Shown here: one piece after another, positions 41,949 to 56,481 of the stretch
Position numbering within the stretch: the stretch's first letter is position 1
Layout: each line of letters starts with the position of its first letter
NCBI RefSeq assembly: GCF_009914755.1
Contig: NC_060926.1
Strand: one strand, 5' to 3'
Length of the DNA: 64,000 bases
Source: the human T2T-CHM13v2.0 reference genome, Homo sapiens
Position numbers and translations under genes: made by a program
The notes under the pieces: model-generated
What the model was told of the DNA's origin: nothing
Databases searched by the model: none
What the model saw: the letters and a program-made list of their open reading frames with translations, nothing else

Positions 41949-42247
41949 GGGTGGGTGCAATGGCTCATACCTGTAATCCCAGCACTTAAGCAGGCTGAGA
42001 TGGGAGAATCACTGGAACCCAGGAGTTCAAGACCAGCCTGAGCAACATAGCATGACATCATCTCTATAAAATTTTTTTAAAAATTCCCTTGGCATTGTAG
42101 TGCATGCCTGTAGCCCCAGCTACTCAGAAGGCTGAAGCGTGAGGATCAGTTGAGTCCAGAAATTCGAGGCTGTAGCGAGCTATGACTGTGCCACTGCACT
42201 CCAGCCTGGGTGACAAGGCGAGGCCCCAACTCTAATCAAAACAAAAC
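41949..42247 (+). mobile_element. AluJ-like
   Basis: Diverged dimer; TSD AAAAATCTTTTGTTG / AAAAATCTTTTGTAG. Confidence 0.93.
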
Positions 42248-42550
42248 AAAAATCTTTTGTAGTTTTTAATGCAAAAGTATTAAACATCTTTTATTAATTA
42301 CTGTTTTTGAATCTTATTTTCCAATTATTTGTTGCTATTATATAGAAATGTAATTTATTTTGTATATTAGCCCTCTATCATTAGGATTATCTATACAATC
42401 TTGTCATCTTCAAATAAAGACAATGTATTACTTTATTTCCACTCTTTAATTCTTTTTCCTTTTGTTTTATTGCTCTGGCTAAGACCTCTAGTTACAAGTT
42501 TGAATGGAAGTGCTAGAAGTGAACAACCCTTCCTTTTATTCTGATTTTAG

Positions 42551-42934
<384 letters not shown>

Positions 42935-45748
42935 TAAATTGAGGAAATTCCCTTCTATTCCTAAGTTTTAAGAGTTTTTAACCATAAAGAGATGTCAAAT
43001 TTTATCATATGCTTTTTTGTTTCTACTGAGATTATTATACAGTTTTTCTCCTTTATTCCATTAATATTGTGAATTACATTGACAGATTTTCAAATGTTAA
43101 ACCAACTTTACATTCCTGAGGTAAACCTTACTTGGTCATGATGTATTATCATTTTTGTGTATTTCTGAATTCTATTTGCTAATATTTTGTTAAGGATTCT
43201 TGTGTCTATGTTCACAAGTATATTTGTCTGTAATTTTCATTTCTTCAAATGTCTTTGTCAGGTCTTAGTATGAAAGTTATGCTGACTTTATAAAATGAAA
43301 GTTTCCCTTCTTCTCTCTTTTTGAAAGAGTTTATGCAAGATTTGTATTTTTTCCCTTAAATTTTTGATAGAATTTACAAGTGAAATCATAGAGCCTTGGA
43401 GTTTTCTTTGTGGAATATTTTTTATAGTTAATTCAACTTCTTTATGAAATATGGGTTATTTGGATTATCTATTTCTTCCTGTTTTGATTTTGATAAGTTG
43501 TGTTTTTCAAGGAATTTGTTCATTTCACATAAATTATCAACTTCATTGCCATAAAGTTGTTCATAGCATTTCTGAATTATCATTATAACCTGTAAGATTG
43601 GTAATGATATCCTCTCTTTCATCCCTATATTAGTAAGGTGTATTTTCTCTCTTTTTTAATTGATCGATCTTGTTAGAGGCTTACCAATTTTATGAATCTT
43701 TTCAAAGAACCAATTTTTGACTGAGTTAAAAATCCCTGCAGCTTGTTTTCCAATATACTGACTTCTGCTTTTATACTTATTATTTCCTTCTTTCTTTGGG
43801 TTTACTTTTCTTTTTGTTCTACATTTAAAAATGGAAATTTGGATAACTAATTTTAAACCTTCCTTCTTTTTCTAATACTAACACATTAGAGCTATTAATT
43901 TCCCTCTAAGCACTGCTCTACCTGCACCCCACAAATTTTGAAATATAATATTGAATTTTCATTATCCCTCAATCTGAATATTTTCTAATTCCCCTAAAAT
44001 GTCTCCTTTGATCCATGGTTATTTATAAATGTGTTATTTAATTTCTAAATATGTAGGATTATCTAGGTAGTTTAATATATGATCTAATTTCATTGTGGTT
44101 AGAGAACATACTCTGTAAGATTTCAATATTTTGAAATTTATTGATATAAAACAAGTATATAACTTACCTTATAGAAAGTAGAAAGTGGCCATCAGAGAGG
44201 TGTAAATAAAATGCCATGGGAGTTAGAGGAGGGAGAGGTAAATTCCAACTATATTAAACAATGGAAGACTTATGGAAGGAGGTGGGATTTGAGCTGGGTT
44301 TTGAAAGATAGATAGAATTGGGAAGTAAGGAGATAGAGGGACAACAGGCAGGAAAAGCTACAGTTAGACTCAGCTTTCTTTAAAAGGCGTAACTATGATT
44401 ACCTTTTATAAGACTCAAGGCCTCAGAGCACTGCTGGGAAAGTGACTGCAGACCCATGGCCCCAGTATTCTTCTCTCAGTTGCCTCTAAATATCTGTTTT
44501 CAAATAACCACTTAGACATTTTAAACTCTGAATTTGGCCACCTCCTGTTTTAGAAACTGAAGCAGTAACATGTACTTTAAACTCACAATGAGAAGGGCCA
44601 AATTTCATAACTTGAAAAGCAATTTCCTTTTTATTTTTAGGATATGCACCATTCTATGATTTCTTTTTCTGCCCACAGATCTGGGAGCATGAGTGTGATA
44701 CACTGAGACATTTGTGTTCCTAGTCACAGCCTCTCCCTTTGGGGAAGTTTAGACTTCTTAATGATGTCATTGGAGAAAACTTCACTTATCTCTATGGTCA
44801 CATGGCAAGAGTCACTCTTAGAAGTGTCATGGGTAGAAGGCAAGTGGCTCCTCGGGATCTGTGTCATCTGAAAGAAGCTCCTGGTCAGAGCCCCCTGAGC
44901 GAGTGATACAAAAAAAAAAAAAAGTCTGGGCCTGAGATCATTATCCTTCAGCCAAACACATGGAGGCCACAATTCAGATCTGCATACTCCCAAATCTGTG
45001 CGAGCTGAGACTAATTGTAGTTTTTCCTGCCTGCTGTCCCTCTATCTCCTTATTTCTCAATTCCCAAACACACATAGGCCACAGTTCAGATCTGCTGGCA
45101 TCTTTAGGGGTGTACAGCCACCATCCCAGAGCTCCAGGGCAGGGCTGGTATTTTCTTCCCCACTTCATATGCCTCAGCTCCCAGAGTGGCATTTGTGGAA
45201 GTTCATCAAGTGGACAGGCAGAGCCAGCCTGAGCTTTCTTCTTCCCTGAGCTCTGGTCCACAGCAGGAGTGGCCTTTACCCTGAACTTCCCTCGAGAGAT
45301 AAGACTGTTGCCCTTATCTTTGGTGATTCCTGGGGGTTGAGTTCCCAGTGTGGAAAGGTTGGTTTGGAATGTTTTCTCAGATGTACTCTGACATGCTAAC
45401 ACCCACATTCCTGCCTAAACTAAATAGTCCTGCCAGCCCTGCCAGATGTCATGGTCTTTTGTTGCCATAGATGCCCCTGGAGGAAAGGGGTAAAGGGCTG
45501 ACCTGGAATAAACATGAGCCCTTGATAGCCATGTCCTTAAAAGACTGAGAAGCCACACCAAGCAAAGTGTGGCTATCAAGACCTCTAGTTCCAGATATAG
45601 TCATTGAACATAATTCCTGGCAAGAAAGGGGTAATCCAAAGTCAGGCAAAGGTTAGTCTTCTGTGGGTCTAATGAAGTCTATTTGAAGAGTTCATCCTGA
45701 TGCCTCATTTGGCCTTGCTGAGGTGTGTCCTTTAGCCAGAAGCTATAC

Positions 45749-45806
45749 GGGGCACACTAGCATATATCTGGGGCACACTAGCATGTATCCAGAGCACACT
45801 AGCATG
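45749..45806. repeat. 21-bp minisatellite, ~2.8 copies
   Basis: GGGGCACACTAGCATATATCT / GGGGCACACTAGCATGTATCC / AGAGCACACTAGCATG. Confidence 0.9.
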
Positions 45807-48293
45807 CCTGTCCATGTGCGACACATTTTAGCCATGTGTTTACAGTGAAACCTGGCCAAAGGACTCCACCTCCAGTGAGCAGCCCCTCCCTGACTTTTGC
45901 AACTCTGAGTCTGGAAGGGTTCCCTATCCAGGATGGTGATGAAGATGAAACTGTCCCTAGAATGTCCCTCTTCAGAGGCAGTCTGATGAGTTCATGTAGG
46001 AGACACAGACAAAGGTTAAGAGCAGAAAGTGCCTGTGATGGCATCTGGTTGTGAGGCTTTCAAGTCTGGATGGTCTCAACAAAGCCTGCCAGGCCAGTTC
46101 TTAACACGGGACAAAGACTGGACATCTGGTTCCCTCCCACTCCAAGTGAGGAGGGCAGAAAATACAAGGAGACTATGGGCTAGAAGCCCTCTGAGGCTAG
46201 TTAGCCTGGAAGAGTTTGAGAGAGTTTAGTGACAAACACTTCAAACTCAAGTCCAGTACCTTACTCCTGATTGTTGCTTTAGGTTGACTACCCTCATATC
46301 AACTCAATAACTTTTCCTCCTTCTCCTCCCTACTTTCCTCTCTCTCTCATAGTAGAGGGGGGCCAGTATTTGAAGAAGTACAAGATTAGGAGGCATTGGG
46401 GTTGAGACTAGGAACTAGGAAAAGGTCCAAGTGAAAAAACTAAATGCCTGATCAGGACTTATGGCATATGTTTGTTAAGAGAGAGGTGGAGGGATTGCTG
46501 ATAACCAGAAAGGCCAAGACACGTCTTGTTGCGAAGGCCTCCTATAGATTCTGATAGTGCATTTATAAGCCAAGCCAAATGCCACAGACAGACATGTTCC
46601 AAACATAATGGGTTCCATGGGCTTGGGTAAAATGGATGTCATACTTGCTTGAGATGTTTCCAGTATCTTCCCAGACTGCACCCAGAGCACTAGCTATTAA
46701 AACAACGTCACCGAAACAGGAGTGCCCTGGAGTGCTCCACCCTCCACTCTGGGGGTTAGGCTTTGTGCATTAGCATACATTCCCAGCACTTATTAGAACT
46801 CCCTCCTGAGTACAAGATACTTGGCTTCCAACATAATTGGTTTACATTTAAGTGCCCAAATGTGATTATATAACTTTGATTAAATTAACAGGTCTGACTT
46901 GATTTGAACCTTGCTCAGGTATGAGCCAAACAGTCATCTAAATAATAATTAAAACAAGACAAACCAGCCTTGCTGGACTCCAGTGTTGGGAACTGAAGGA
47001 ACTTCCGAGTCATCAGATGGAGTTGATGGATCCAGAAGCCCAGCTCCCAACACTATGCTCACTTGCCTTTGAGGCTCAGTGCTGTGGTCTGGGGCACCCC
47101 AGCTGTGGCCAGCAGGGACTCTCAATTGCTTGCTCTTTCCAACTTAGCAATGATGAAGCAGAGTCTAGGAGTTGAAAGCAGAGCTAGGATTTTAGTTCAA
47201 CACAAAGGGTTGAAGGCTATTCTCATCTAACCTCCCACCCTGTTTAGAAACCCCTGACTGTTGTCACACCTCTGCCTGGCCTGGGTTAAGAACCAGAAGC
47301 CCACTACCCCCACCAATCTTAAATGATTCCAACTATGATCAACCTTCCTTTGTTTTGATCTCAAATCCACTTTCCTATAATTTTCATTCAAAAGTTATTT
47401 TCTCTTTAGGCCTCCCATGCCATTTCTCAACTCCCTCAGCCCACTCACAATAAATTCTGGAACCCAGAAAGCTTACTCTGCCACAGTATGTTGATCAGTG
47501 GCTTAGACTCTTATGAAACTCAATCATAAGATGGACTCTGCCCTGACTTTTGAACATCACAGCTTCAGATCTGGCAGGGGTCAGAGGAACTAAGGAACTC
47601 AGTGCTATGTTGTATGAAATCATTTTGAAGACTAGAACAAAATCGGAGAGGAAAACGAAATAAGTATTTTAAATCAGAGCTTTTGCCAACATAGCGGCAT
47701 ATGTTGATGGGAGAATCTGAATATTTTCTGAATAAGTTTTTGTAGCAAACTGACAGTGCCATTTATGATTAGTTTATAATGATATTGTGTGACTTTCATA
47801 ATATTAGACATGGATCCCAGTGAGGGCCAGTGTGGGGAAGGGGAAGCCAGATACTCAATATCTTGGTTAGATGTTCTATATCCAGAGAATAGAATTATTC
47901 CCAGTTTACACAATGTTATGGCACCTGTGATGCTGTACTATAGGCAGCTATGTACCTGCTTGTCTCTGCCACTAGACTATGGGGTTCTTGGAGGCAGGAA
48001 GCATATCTTCTCCATCACCGTGCCCTCAGGGGTGGCATGGGATAGGCTCTCTGCAAGTGTTTGGTGGATAAACTGATTCATAAAAGATGTTCATTCCCTG
48101 GCTGGGTTACCAGTTCCCAGGGGTTCATCAGTGGTGTACTCTGACTTCAGCCTTGCACTGTGTATCTCAGCACACTTACATTCATAGGTGAACACATCCA
48201 GGACAGCAAACCTTAAATGTAGAGATCAGGAGGTGACTTATAATAGAGGAGAATTACTTACTTTAAAAAAAGATTTGCCACACAGCCATCCTA

Positions 48294-48670
<377 letters not shown>

Positions 48671-49009
48671 TCATAGGGGAATGACACCACACTCAGCTAC
48701 TGAAGACACTGTGGGTCCATGGCAAATGATGTTTGAGTTCAGCCATGCCAAACTCAGAGATCAACCTTGACATCACTTTGATCTTTTCCACATTTCTGCT
48801 GCCATTTGCCATCAAATCCAGAGACCTGGAGGAAAAGTAAGAAGAAAGAACTTTCAGTGGTTTGAGATAAGCTCCTTTTCACATCCCTGAGCTCAGGGCA
48901 GGCAAAGCCTGGTGAATGCGGCACACAAGGCCCAGGGTCCCTGCCCTTGGAAGCATGCACACTGCAATACTGTACATCCCCATGGTCCCTAGGGTCAAGG
49001 ATAGGATGT

Positions 49010-49150
49010 CCACATTTAAGTGCTATTATTTAATCATAACAGCCTGTGTGGCATTTTTCAGATAATGGAGCTAAAGCTTAGAGAGATTAATGTCACCCAA
49101 AGTCACACAGGTGAGGGCTGGGCTTTAAACTCAGGCCTGCTCATGTCCAC
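49010..49150 (-). mobile_element. MIR fragment
   Basis: TTTAATCATAACAGCCTGTG...ATTTTTCAGAT...CCCAAAGTCACACAG...CTGGGCTTTAAACTCAGG. Confidence 0.7.
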
Positions 49151-49989
49151 ATGGGGAGGACCAGAACTCCCAAGGGCTTCCCCAGATGGAGTGTGTCTGG
49201 CCCACAGCATGAGAGAAGGGGCACTGCTACCTTTGGCTTCTTGGGCAGGGCAACTGTTCTCTTCAGGTTTTGATTTCTTATTACATGCAGAGAACTCCTC
49301 TGTTTTCCGGGTCTATTTGTAAATTACTTAGAAAAACCTGTCTGGGTGTCCATTCTGCTGTCAGGGCAATGGGAAGTGGGAAGCCAGCAGGTGAGTGGGG
49401 TGCCAGTGATTTCCTGTCATGGGGGGCTGGACTGGGTTCTGACGCCACTCTGCTATCACTTCCCCTGCCTTCTTTCCCTGTCTCCCCACGCCTCTTCCCG
49501 CACACTCAGTCCATAGGATCGGGGAGACACCACAGTGGTCCTGGCATCCCCACACTTCAATTCTGTCTTGGCAAGTGTCAAATAGAGACCCTGCCTTCCA
49601 GATACCCAACTCGGGGGCTTGGCCTAGTTTACAAGCCAAAAAGAGGAGAGAAAGTCTATCAGGAGTCCTTCATAATCTCCAGACTAAAGGAGAGTGTTAC
49701 TGTGGGAGAACCAATGTCCTCAGGTGGTCTCTCTTCAGGCCTTTGCCTAGAGTAAGCCGGTTATGTGGCATCAGGAGTGGCCTCAAGATGGCTAGGGTGG
49801 TCCTGCCCTCTGAGAATGAAGGGGCTAGAATAAAATGGGTGAATTAGTTTGCTTCCCATTGTTCGCCCTAGCCAGAGGAAGCTTTGTAAAAGATGGCTCT
49901 AATCCGATTAGCCCCCAGTTAATAATCTCCTTGCCTCATCTGCAGAATCCTGGCCCTTCAGCCTTGCCCCACCCACCCCTCCTCTTCTT

Positions 49990-50375
49990 CAGTCTCTTCC
50001 CCACCCCATCTCCATCCATGCTTTGCCCTCACTGTACCTCCTCTTCATCCTCAAACACCCCATGCACTTTGACACCATTGAGACTTTGTTGTTCCTTCTA
50101 CCTGAAGTAGCCCTCCCTCAATCCTCTCCTCACCATCTTCACCCAGCTCAGTTGTCACCTTCTTGCTGTAGCTTGCCACATGTCAGGCAAAATTAATTGC
50201 CCCTCATGCAAATTCCCATAGCACTTGAATGTGTCTCTATATCACTCATCATGAGAGCTATTTGCTCATATGTGTCTCACTGGTTGGATGATACACTCTT
50301 TGGAGAGGAGTGATTACTTTATATTCCTGTATATCCCTGGGCCCTAGAACATGGAAGGGGGTGCATGAATGTTGT
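49990..50375 (+). mobile_element. L2 fragment
   Basis: CTTTGTTGTTCCTTCTACCTGAA...CTCAGTTGTCACCT...TGTATATCCCTGGGCCCTAGAACA. Confidence 0.65.
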
Positions 50376-50882
50376 CAGGAAGTGGCTGCAACAGTGGAAG
50401 ATATTCTTCAAGGGGGTCCTGGGCAGCTCCCTGGGGTCGAGTACAAAAGACAGGCTCCTAAGTGACCGGACCTCTTCTCCCTCCCTTACCAAATTGTCTG
50501 ATGGGTCACAGCTTGGGTCCACCAGCTCTGGTGCAAAAGGTCATTCACCAAAGGCAGAGTGAGGTTTGGGAGCTCCAAGGTTTTTTTGAGGGACATCAAG
50601 GTTACTTTTTAAACCTATGATGATGGTTCCCCACAAGAGAGGTGGAGACAGAGAGGTGGGGTTCACAATTTTGAGCTAGGTAACTTAGAGCAAATTGCTT
50701 AATCTCTCTGAGGTACAATATCCTCATCTATACAAATGGGGAAATACTACATACCTCATGTTCCTGTGGAGATTAATAACTACTCTTTATTGAATTCACT
50801 GTAGAGCTATGGGCTCTACAAATATCATCCAGTGAGAAAGTGACAGAGACAGAATCAGAAGTTGTACCACCATTCAATATGA

Positions 50883-51263
<381 letters not shown>

Positions 51264-51394
51264 TAACTATTTATTGAAAGTATTTAGGTCTGAAAATATT
51301 TGTCCTGTTGGGAACTGAAACTAGAAAAAGAAAGACATTTTTTTTTCTGGGCCACTGTGAGTAGCTGTTGCAGGAAGTGCAAAGGCGAAGGGGT

Positions 51395-52335
51395 GGTAGG
51401 AACAGCTAGTTGTCCACCAACAAATTGTGCCTTACCTTCCATAGGCTTAATGGTTTCTGAGACGTGGCAGCCCAGCCAGGGATTGCACTTCCTGGCTCCC
51501 CTTGCATGTAGGTGGAGCTATGTCATACCTTCTCCTGTGGAATGTGATCAGAAGAGACAGGTGTCACTTGCAGGTCAAGATGGTTAAGAAGAGGGTGTGA
51601 CTTGCCAAAAGATAGAAGCAACTTGGGTGTCCATCATGGATGAATAACTAAACAAAGTATGGTGTATACTGCAATGGAAGGAAATTCTGACACCTTCTAC
51701 AACATGGATAAACCTTGAAGACATTACACTAAATGAAATAAGCCAGTCACAAAAGGACAAATATTATATAATTCCACTTATATGAGGTACCTAAGACAGT
51801 CAAATTCATAGAAACAGAGAGTAAAGTGGTGGTTTCCAGGAGCTGAGGGAAGGAGGGAAGTGGGGATTTCATGTTGTTTAATGAGTGCTGAGTTTCAGTT
51901 TGGAAAGATGAAAGAGTTCTGGAGATGGATGGTGGTGATAGTTGCAAAACAGTGTCAATGTACTTAATGCCACTGAACTGTACACTTAAAATGGTTAAAA
52001 TGGGACATTTTATGCTATGTATATTTTACAATAGTTGAAGAAGAAAGAAGAGGAGGAGCAAGAGGAGGAGGAAGAGGAGGAGGAAGTGGAGGAGGAGAAG
52101 GAGCTGTGACTTCTCCATATCTGCCAGTTGGAGGTGGAGAACTTTTAGGCCATAGGATGAAAGAACCACACAAGGGAAATAGCCTGTGCCCCTCAATCAC
52201 CACATGACAAAAGACCCTCACTGACTAGGAATCTGACATTGGAATCTTATTTGAGTGATAAATAGACTTCCAATGTGTTAAGTCATTGAAATTGGGATTC
52301 AATCTGTTGCAGCAGCTAATAGAACCCTAACACGA
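51395..52335 (+). mobile_element. MLT1 (I/J-like) LTR split by an L1MB insertion
   Basis: CTCCCCTTGCATGTAGGTGGAGC...GGAATGTGATCAGAAG...TGTCACTT on the left; TGTGTTAAGTCATTGAAATTGGG...TGTTGCAGCAGC on the right. Confidence 0.75.
51604..52094 (+). mobile_element. 5'-truncated L1MB 3' end with tail converted to (GAG/GAA)n
   Basis: AACATGGATAAACCTTGAAGACATT...TCAGTTTGGAAAGATGAAAGAGTTCTGGAGATGGATGGTGGTGA...CACTTAAAATGGTTAAAATGG; diverged TSD ending TGTGACTT at 51603 and 52112. Confidence 0.9.
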
Positions 52336-53672
52336 CCCACAGCTGATATTCACAGCTGATGTGGGAGAATGGCTACCGGTGCAGCAGGGTCCCCTGTGAA
52401 AGAGATAGGGGGTAGTTTCAGAAATGGGCATGGTTTGAGACAGAGAAGACATTTCTGCTGAGGGCCCAGCTTCAAGTTCAGCAGTTCTCAAAAATTAAGT
52501 CACAACCCTTTGTCTGCAAGGTGGCTTCCAAGGACTTTGTTTCTAAGGTAACTCAGAGGAGCTTACCTCCTTGAAAGACATGTCACCCATTCTGGGTTAG
52601 GAACTGGGTGTGGGCTTGGGGTATGGAAGGTAGGGGAAGAAGGAGACTGTGGTCCTCAGTCTGTGAGGGGTAGGCATGAGATCAGTCCCCACATGCTCTC
52701 ATAGGCAGATCATGCCCTGGGTAAGTGGCTCTGCCATTCCATTTGAGTGGCAGCTCCTTAGCTGAGCATAGCATTGAAAGAAGGCAGGGATTGCCGTGTC
52801 TTGTGCTGAAAGGACAATTGTCAGTAGGATATATACCATGGCTGCTAGCTGTGACCAGAGCTAGCCACAAACTCCATGATCAGCAGCAAAGGAAGTCCCA
52901 GCATCAGGAGTGTAGAGGAGATGAGAGTGACCAGGACAAGCTCTGGGGCTCAAATGGGGCTGTGGAATTTCAACTGCAGCTACAGTGTGTGGAAGGACTT
53001 TCCTGGCTGTCCAAGCCCCAGTCCCTCTGCCTCTGGCAGCGGTCTGGGACCCCCTGGGCATGGCAGGGGCTGAGGAGCCCCACAGCCTCCAGGCATGCAT
53101 CTGAGATGGTTCCAGTAGCCCAGGAGACAAGGACTGACCCTTGGCTTTCTCATAAGCATCCTGGTAACCTGGACTTCTTGGGCTCATCACAGGGAAATGA
53201 CCCTGGGAAAGAGAGAAAGCCATTCTTGCCAGAGGGGAGATGAGGCTAGAGCCAAACTCACAGGACACATAAAAGAGATGCAGCCTCACTTCATCTCTCA
53301 ATTTTGCAAAGAATTCACCGTTTTAATGAATTAGAGCAATTCAAGGTCACCCTATAATAACAATGCTCTTACTTACATGCATTCTTTCTTTCCTCCTAAG
53401 CTAGAGAGGAAGAGGTGAAGTTAGGGTTTGGGAGCTGGGAATTGCAAACAAATTTGACAGTTGTGGCCAAATCTCGCAATGTGCATAGGGGTGAGTCATG
53501 TAGGTAAAGGTCATGTGAGTTACATTAAAATACAAGTTGAAAATGATTGGTTTTATAGGTTTTTATCAGAGATTTAATGTTTATTAAATGTATGAATGTT
53601 TCCCTGTCCCTTATAGTGTAAGATCTCCAGAATTCTCCCACAGTGGCCATTAACACTGCTGTGGGTTCTTAC

Positions 53673-53744
53673 CTCTCTTTAGCTTGTCCCTGGCATTCAC
53701 CCTGTAATGTGACACCAGGTTCTGAGGCCTCCAGAGATGACAGA
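53673..53744 (-). other. Candidate spliced exon (72 nt)
   Basis: Minus strand: TTTTACTTTTTCTTTGAATGTTCTGCAG|TCT acceptor; GAG|GTAAGA donor. Confidence 0.3.
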
Positions 53745-55031
53745 CTGCAGAACATTCAAAGAAAAAGTAAAACACAGACCCTGCCTCTCTTTGCATCCCG
53801 TCTCTTGGAGTTTCCTGGAGTCAGTCCTCCATCTTCCTACAAGGTGGTGTCTGTTTCTTTCTCTCACTCTGGATTAATGTTTGCGTTTTCCTTCACCAAA
53901 GCCCCAAGGGGAGACATAGCACCTTGCCCAGGGTCTGAGCCCTATTTACAGAAAGCTGTTTTCGCTTTCCTGACATTTTTCACAGTCTCTTATGCATCCT
54001 CAGCCTGGGCCTTGTACAAATACTAGCTGATAAACATCTGATGCCAGTCTTTGAAATGGTCCAAGGCCACCTGGGTCCTGCTACCACTTCCTGGGGTTGA
54101 TCCCAGGATTAGGGCTGAGCAACAGCCCCTCCCGGCCACCTGATCTGGGCAGGGCCCTGCTAGGAAGGGGAGGTCTGGCTCTGGCTATTGAAGGCTGACT
54201 CAGGGCAGCCAAGCCAGGATTCCAGCTCCCACAGCATGAGGAGTCCTCTCCTCTCCCCTCTGCTCTCTTGCCAGGATGATACACCCCTGTCTCCCACTGT
54301 CAGCGCTCACCTGCATGGGAAGCACTCGCTGGGTCACGAGACTATTTTCCCATTTCCTTCAGCACCAGTGGCTGTGGTGACTTGAGGTCATTTAGAGACC
54401 TGCCAGCTCAGTCTCCTCTGTCCTTCTTGCTCTCTTGCTGCCTCTGGGAAGGGCTGAGCTATTCCTGACACCTGGAGTAGGACAACAGCACGAGGAATCC
54501 ACGCAGAGCTGAATATAAGCAAGCTGGGCTCCTCATGCATGACAAAATGCAAGCTCATGAACCCTCTACGTGCCTGGAAAGGCCACTGTCCCCAGGATGT
54601 CTCCATATTCTCCATTTGGGGGTGGGGAGGCTTATGTTCTCACCTCTGGCTCCTAGTTTCTGCTTCCACTGAGTTCTTTCAGTTTGAGTCACTTTGCCAT
54701 CCCGTGTACACTGTCCTGGGTCTGCACTCAGATGTGGAACTCAGACCTTTGCCTTGATTTCCACAGAAAACAAACCAAACACCCGTCTAAGACTTCTGTT
54801 TAGGCAGCAGACTCTGTCAAGGGCTGCTCAGCCAAGAGGATTTACACTGCAGCAGAACAAACAACTTCAAGTGGGGTTTTTGATCTTTAATGATCCTCTT
54901 TGAGGCCACTCCCAGCTCCAGAGATTTCCCAGGGATCAGACCATGCCCTGTTGCTAACGAAGCTCATGTTTTCACAGGTTGATGAACGGCCTATACTGGA
55001 ACAACTACTGGGGGGCTTGGGGGGTCTGCTC

Positions 55032-55056
55032 TGTGTGTGTGTGTGTGTGTGTGTGT
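55032..55056. repeat. (TG)12 microsatellite
   Basis: Read directly. Confidence 0.97.
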
Positions 55057-56439
55057 ATAAGAGAAGGAGATGGTGGGTTTTATTTGTTGGCTTGTTTCTA
55101 CTTTGTTTTGTTTGGAGACTTGGTTGTAAGTGAACCTTTACATTTGGAGATAGGTGTCCTGCTCTTTGCAGTGCCCACTCACCAGAGTAACCTCTTAGAC
55201 CCCATCCACAAAATCCAAAGAGTTGAAAAGAACACAAATGCTGTCCAGCTCAGGAGTCTTCAAGTATTTTGCTTGCATTGCATGTCCCCTAAAATAATGT
55301 TGGAACATTATATATCCCCTTTGACAGTTTTTTTTTCCTCCTCTACTCTGAAGGGATGCCTTAAAATTTTTGTGTTGGTATTTTAAATCTCATTTTGAGT
55401 TTAAATAGCTGAAAAATGTTACATTTTACTGTAAATTTGAAATCTTTTAACATTTTAACAGTTAAACATTTTGGAATAACTATAAGCCACTATTTAAATG
55501 TATCAAAATAGAATTGGAATGTTTTAGCAATTTAATATGTTCCATTTTTTTAAAAAAAATCACGAACAAGCTCTTCTTTAACAGTCAGAAATTTTACATT
55601 ATTCCTTTTTTCTCCTTGAGTTTGTATTTCCACTCCTCTTTCCCTAAAGAACTTTATCCTGATATAATATACATTTATGATCAAAGTCATTTATTAATCG
55701 CCTTATCATTTCTCTTAAAATGTATACAAATTCAATTTTTTTTCCTTTTCTGTGACCATAAAGCTCTAAAGCTACGTTGTCCAATACTGATATTATGGAA
55801 CACTCATTAGTTTCTCCTTCATCTTTGTTAAAATAATTGGATAGTGTTAGATTTGTAAAAGGATTAATAATCTAATTATTAGCATAATTCACTCCTTCAG
55901 CTCAAATCAATACTTTAACATTATCTCTTTGGACCCTCCACCAGCAATGAATAAGAGTTCCTATAGCAGCAAAGATGATCCACCCTTCTTGGGGAGGCTT
56001 GTGTAGAAGGTGGCTTTAAAAAACATTCATTTTCCCCATTTCCTCCTCCCTAATATGGGTTTTGCATCTGGGCTTCCAGGGTATCCCAGATTCATAACCT
56101 ACTTCCTGAGATGTGGGGGTTCCTTTGGCTCTGGAGTGGGGGCCAAGGTGAGAGAGGTTCTAAAGTCAAAACTGTTGTGAAATGCCACAAAGCCACTGGG
56201 GACAGCTGTGAGTTGAGGTTCTGGAAAGGAGAATGAGTCACTGCAGTTATTGTTAGTCTGTGTATCCACTTCGGTCTCATTTGGAAAATGTGGAATGACT
56301 TGCCCCCCCTCAATAAGGCCCCTCACATTACCAACCATGATTCTTGGGCTCTCAATGCAATAGAAATTCACACAAGGCCCAAAGAGTTTTTCCAAACAAG
56401 GCTTCACTGGAGCTTATGCCTGGACATAAAAGAGGCAGC

Positions 56440-56441
56440 GA

Positions 56442-56481
<40 letters not shown>
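56440..56481. repeat. (GA)n/(GAGACA)n microsatellite
   Basis: Read directly. Confidence 0.95.

Noticed and set aside
44621-44679. Two strong + strand acceptors (AG at 44640 and 44678)
   Set aside because: No convincing paired donor found nearby; isolated acceptor-like tracts are common.
49267-49396. Strong donor CAG|GTGAGT at 49390/49391
   Set aside because: Several mediocre upstream acceptors and no way to choose one; not supportable as an exon.
50801-50820. Short hairpin GTAGAGC-TATGG-GCTCTAC
   Set aside because: A 7-8-bp stem is expected by chance; bacterial-type terminators are irrelevant here.
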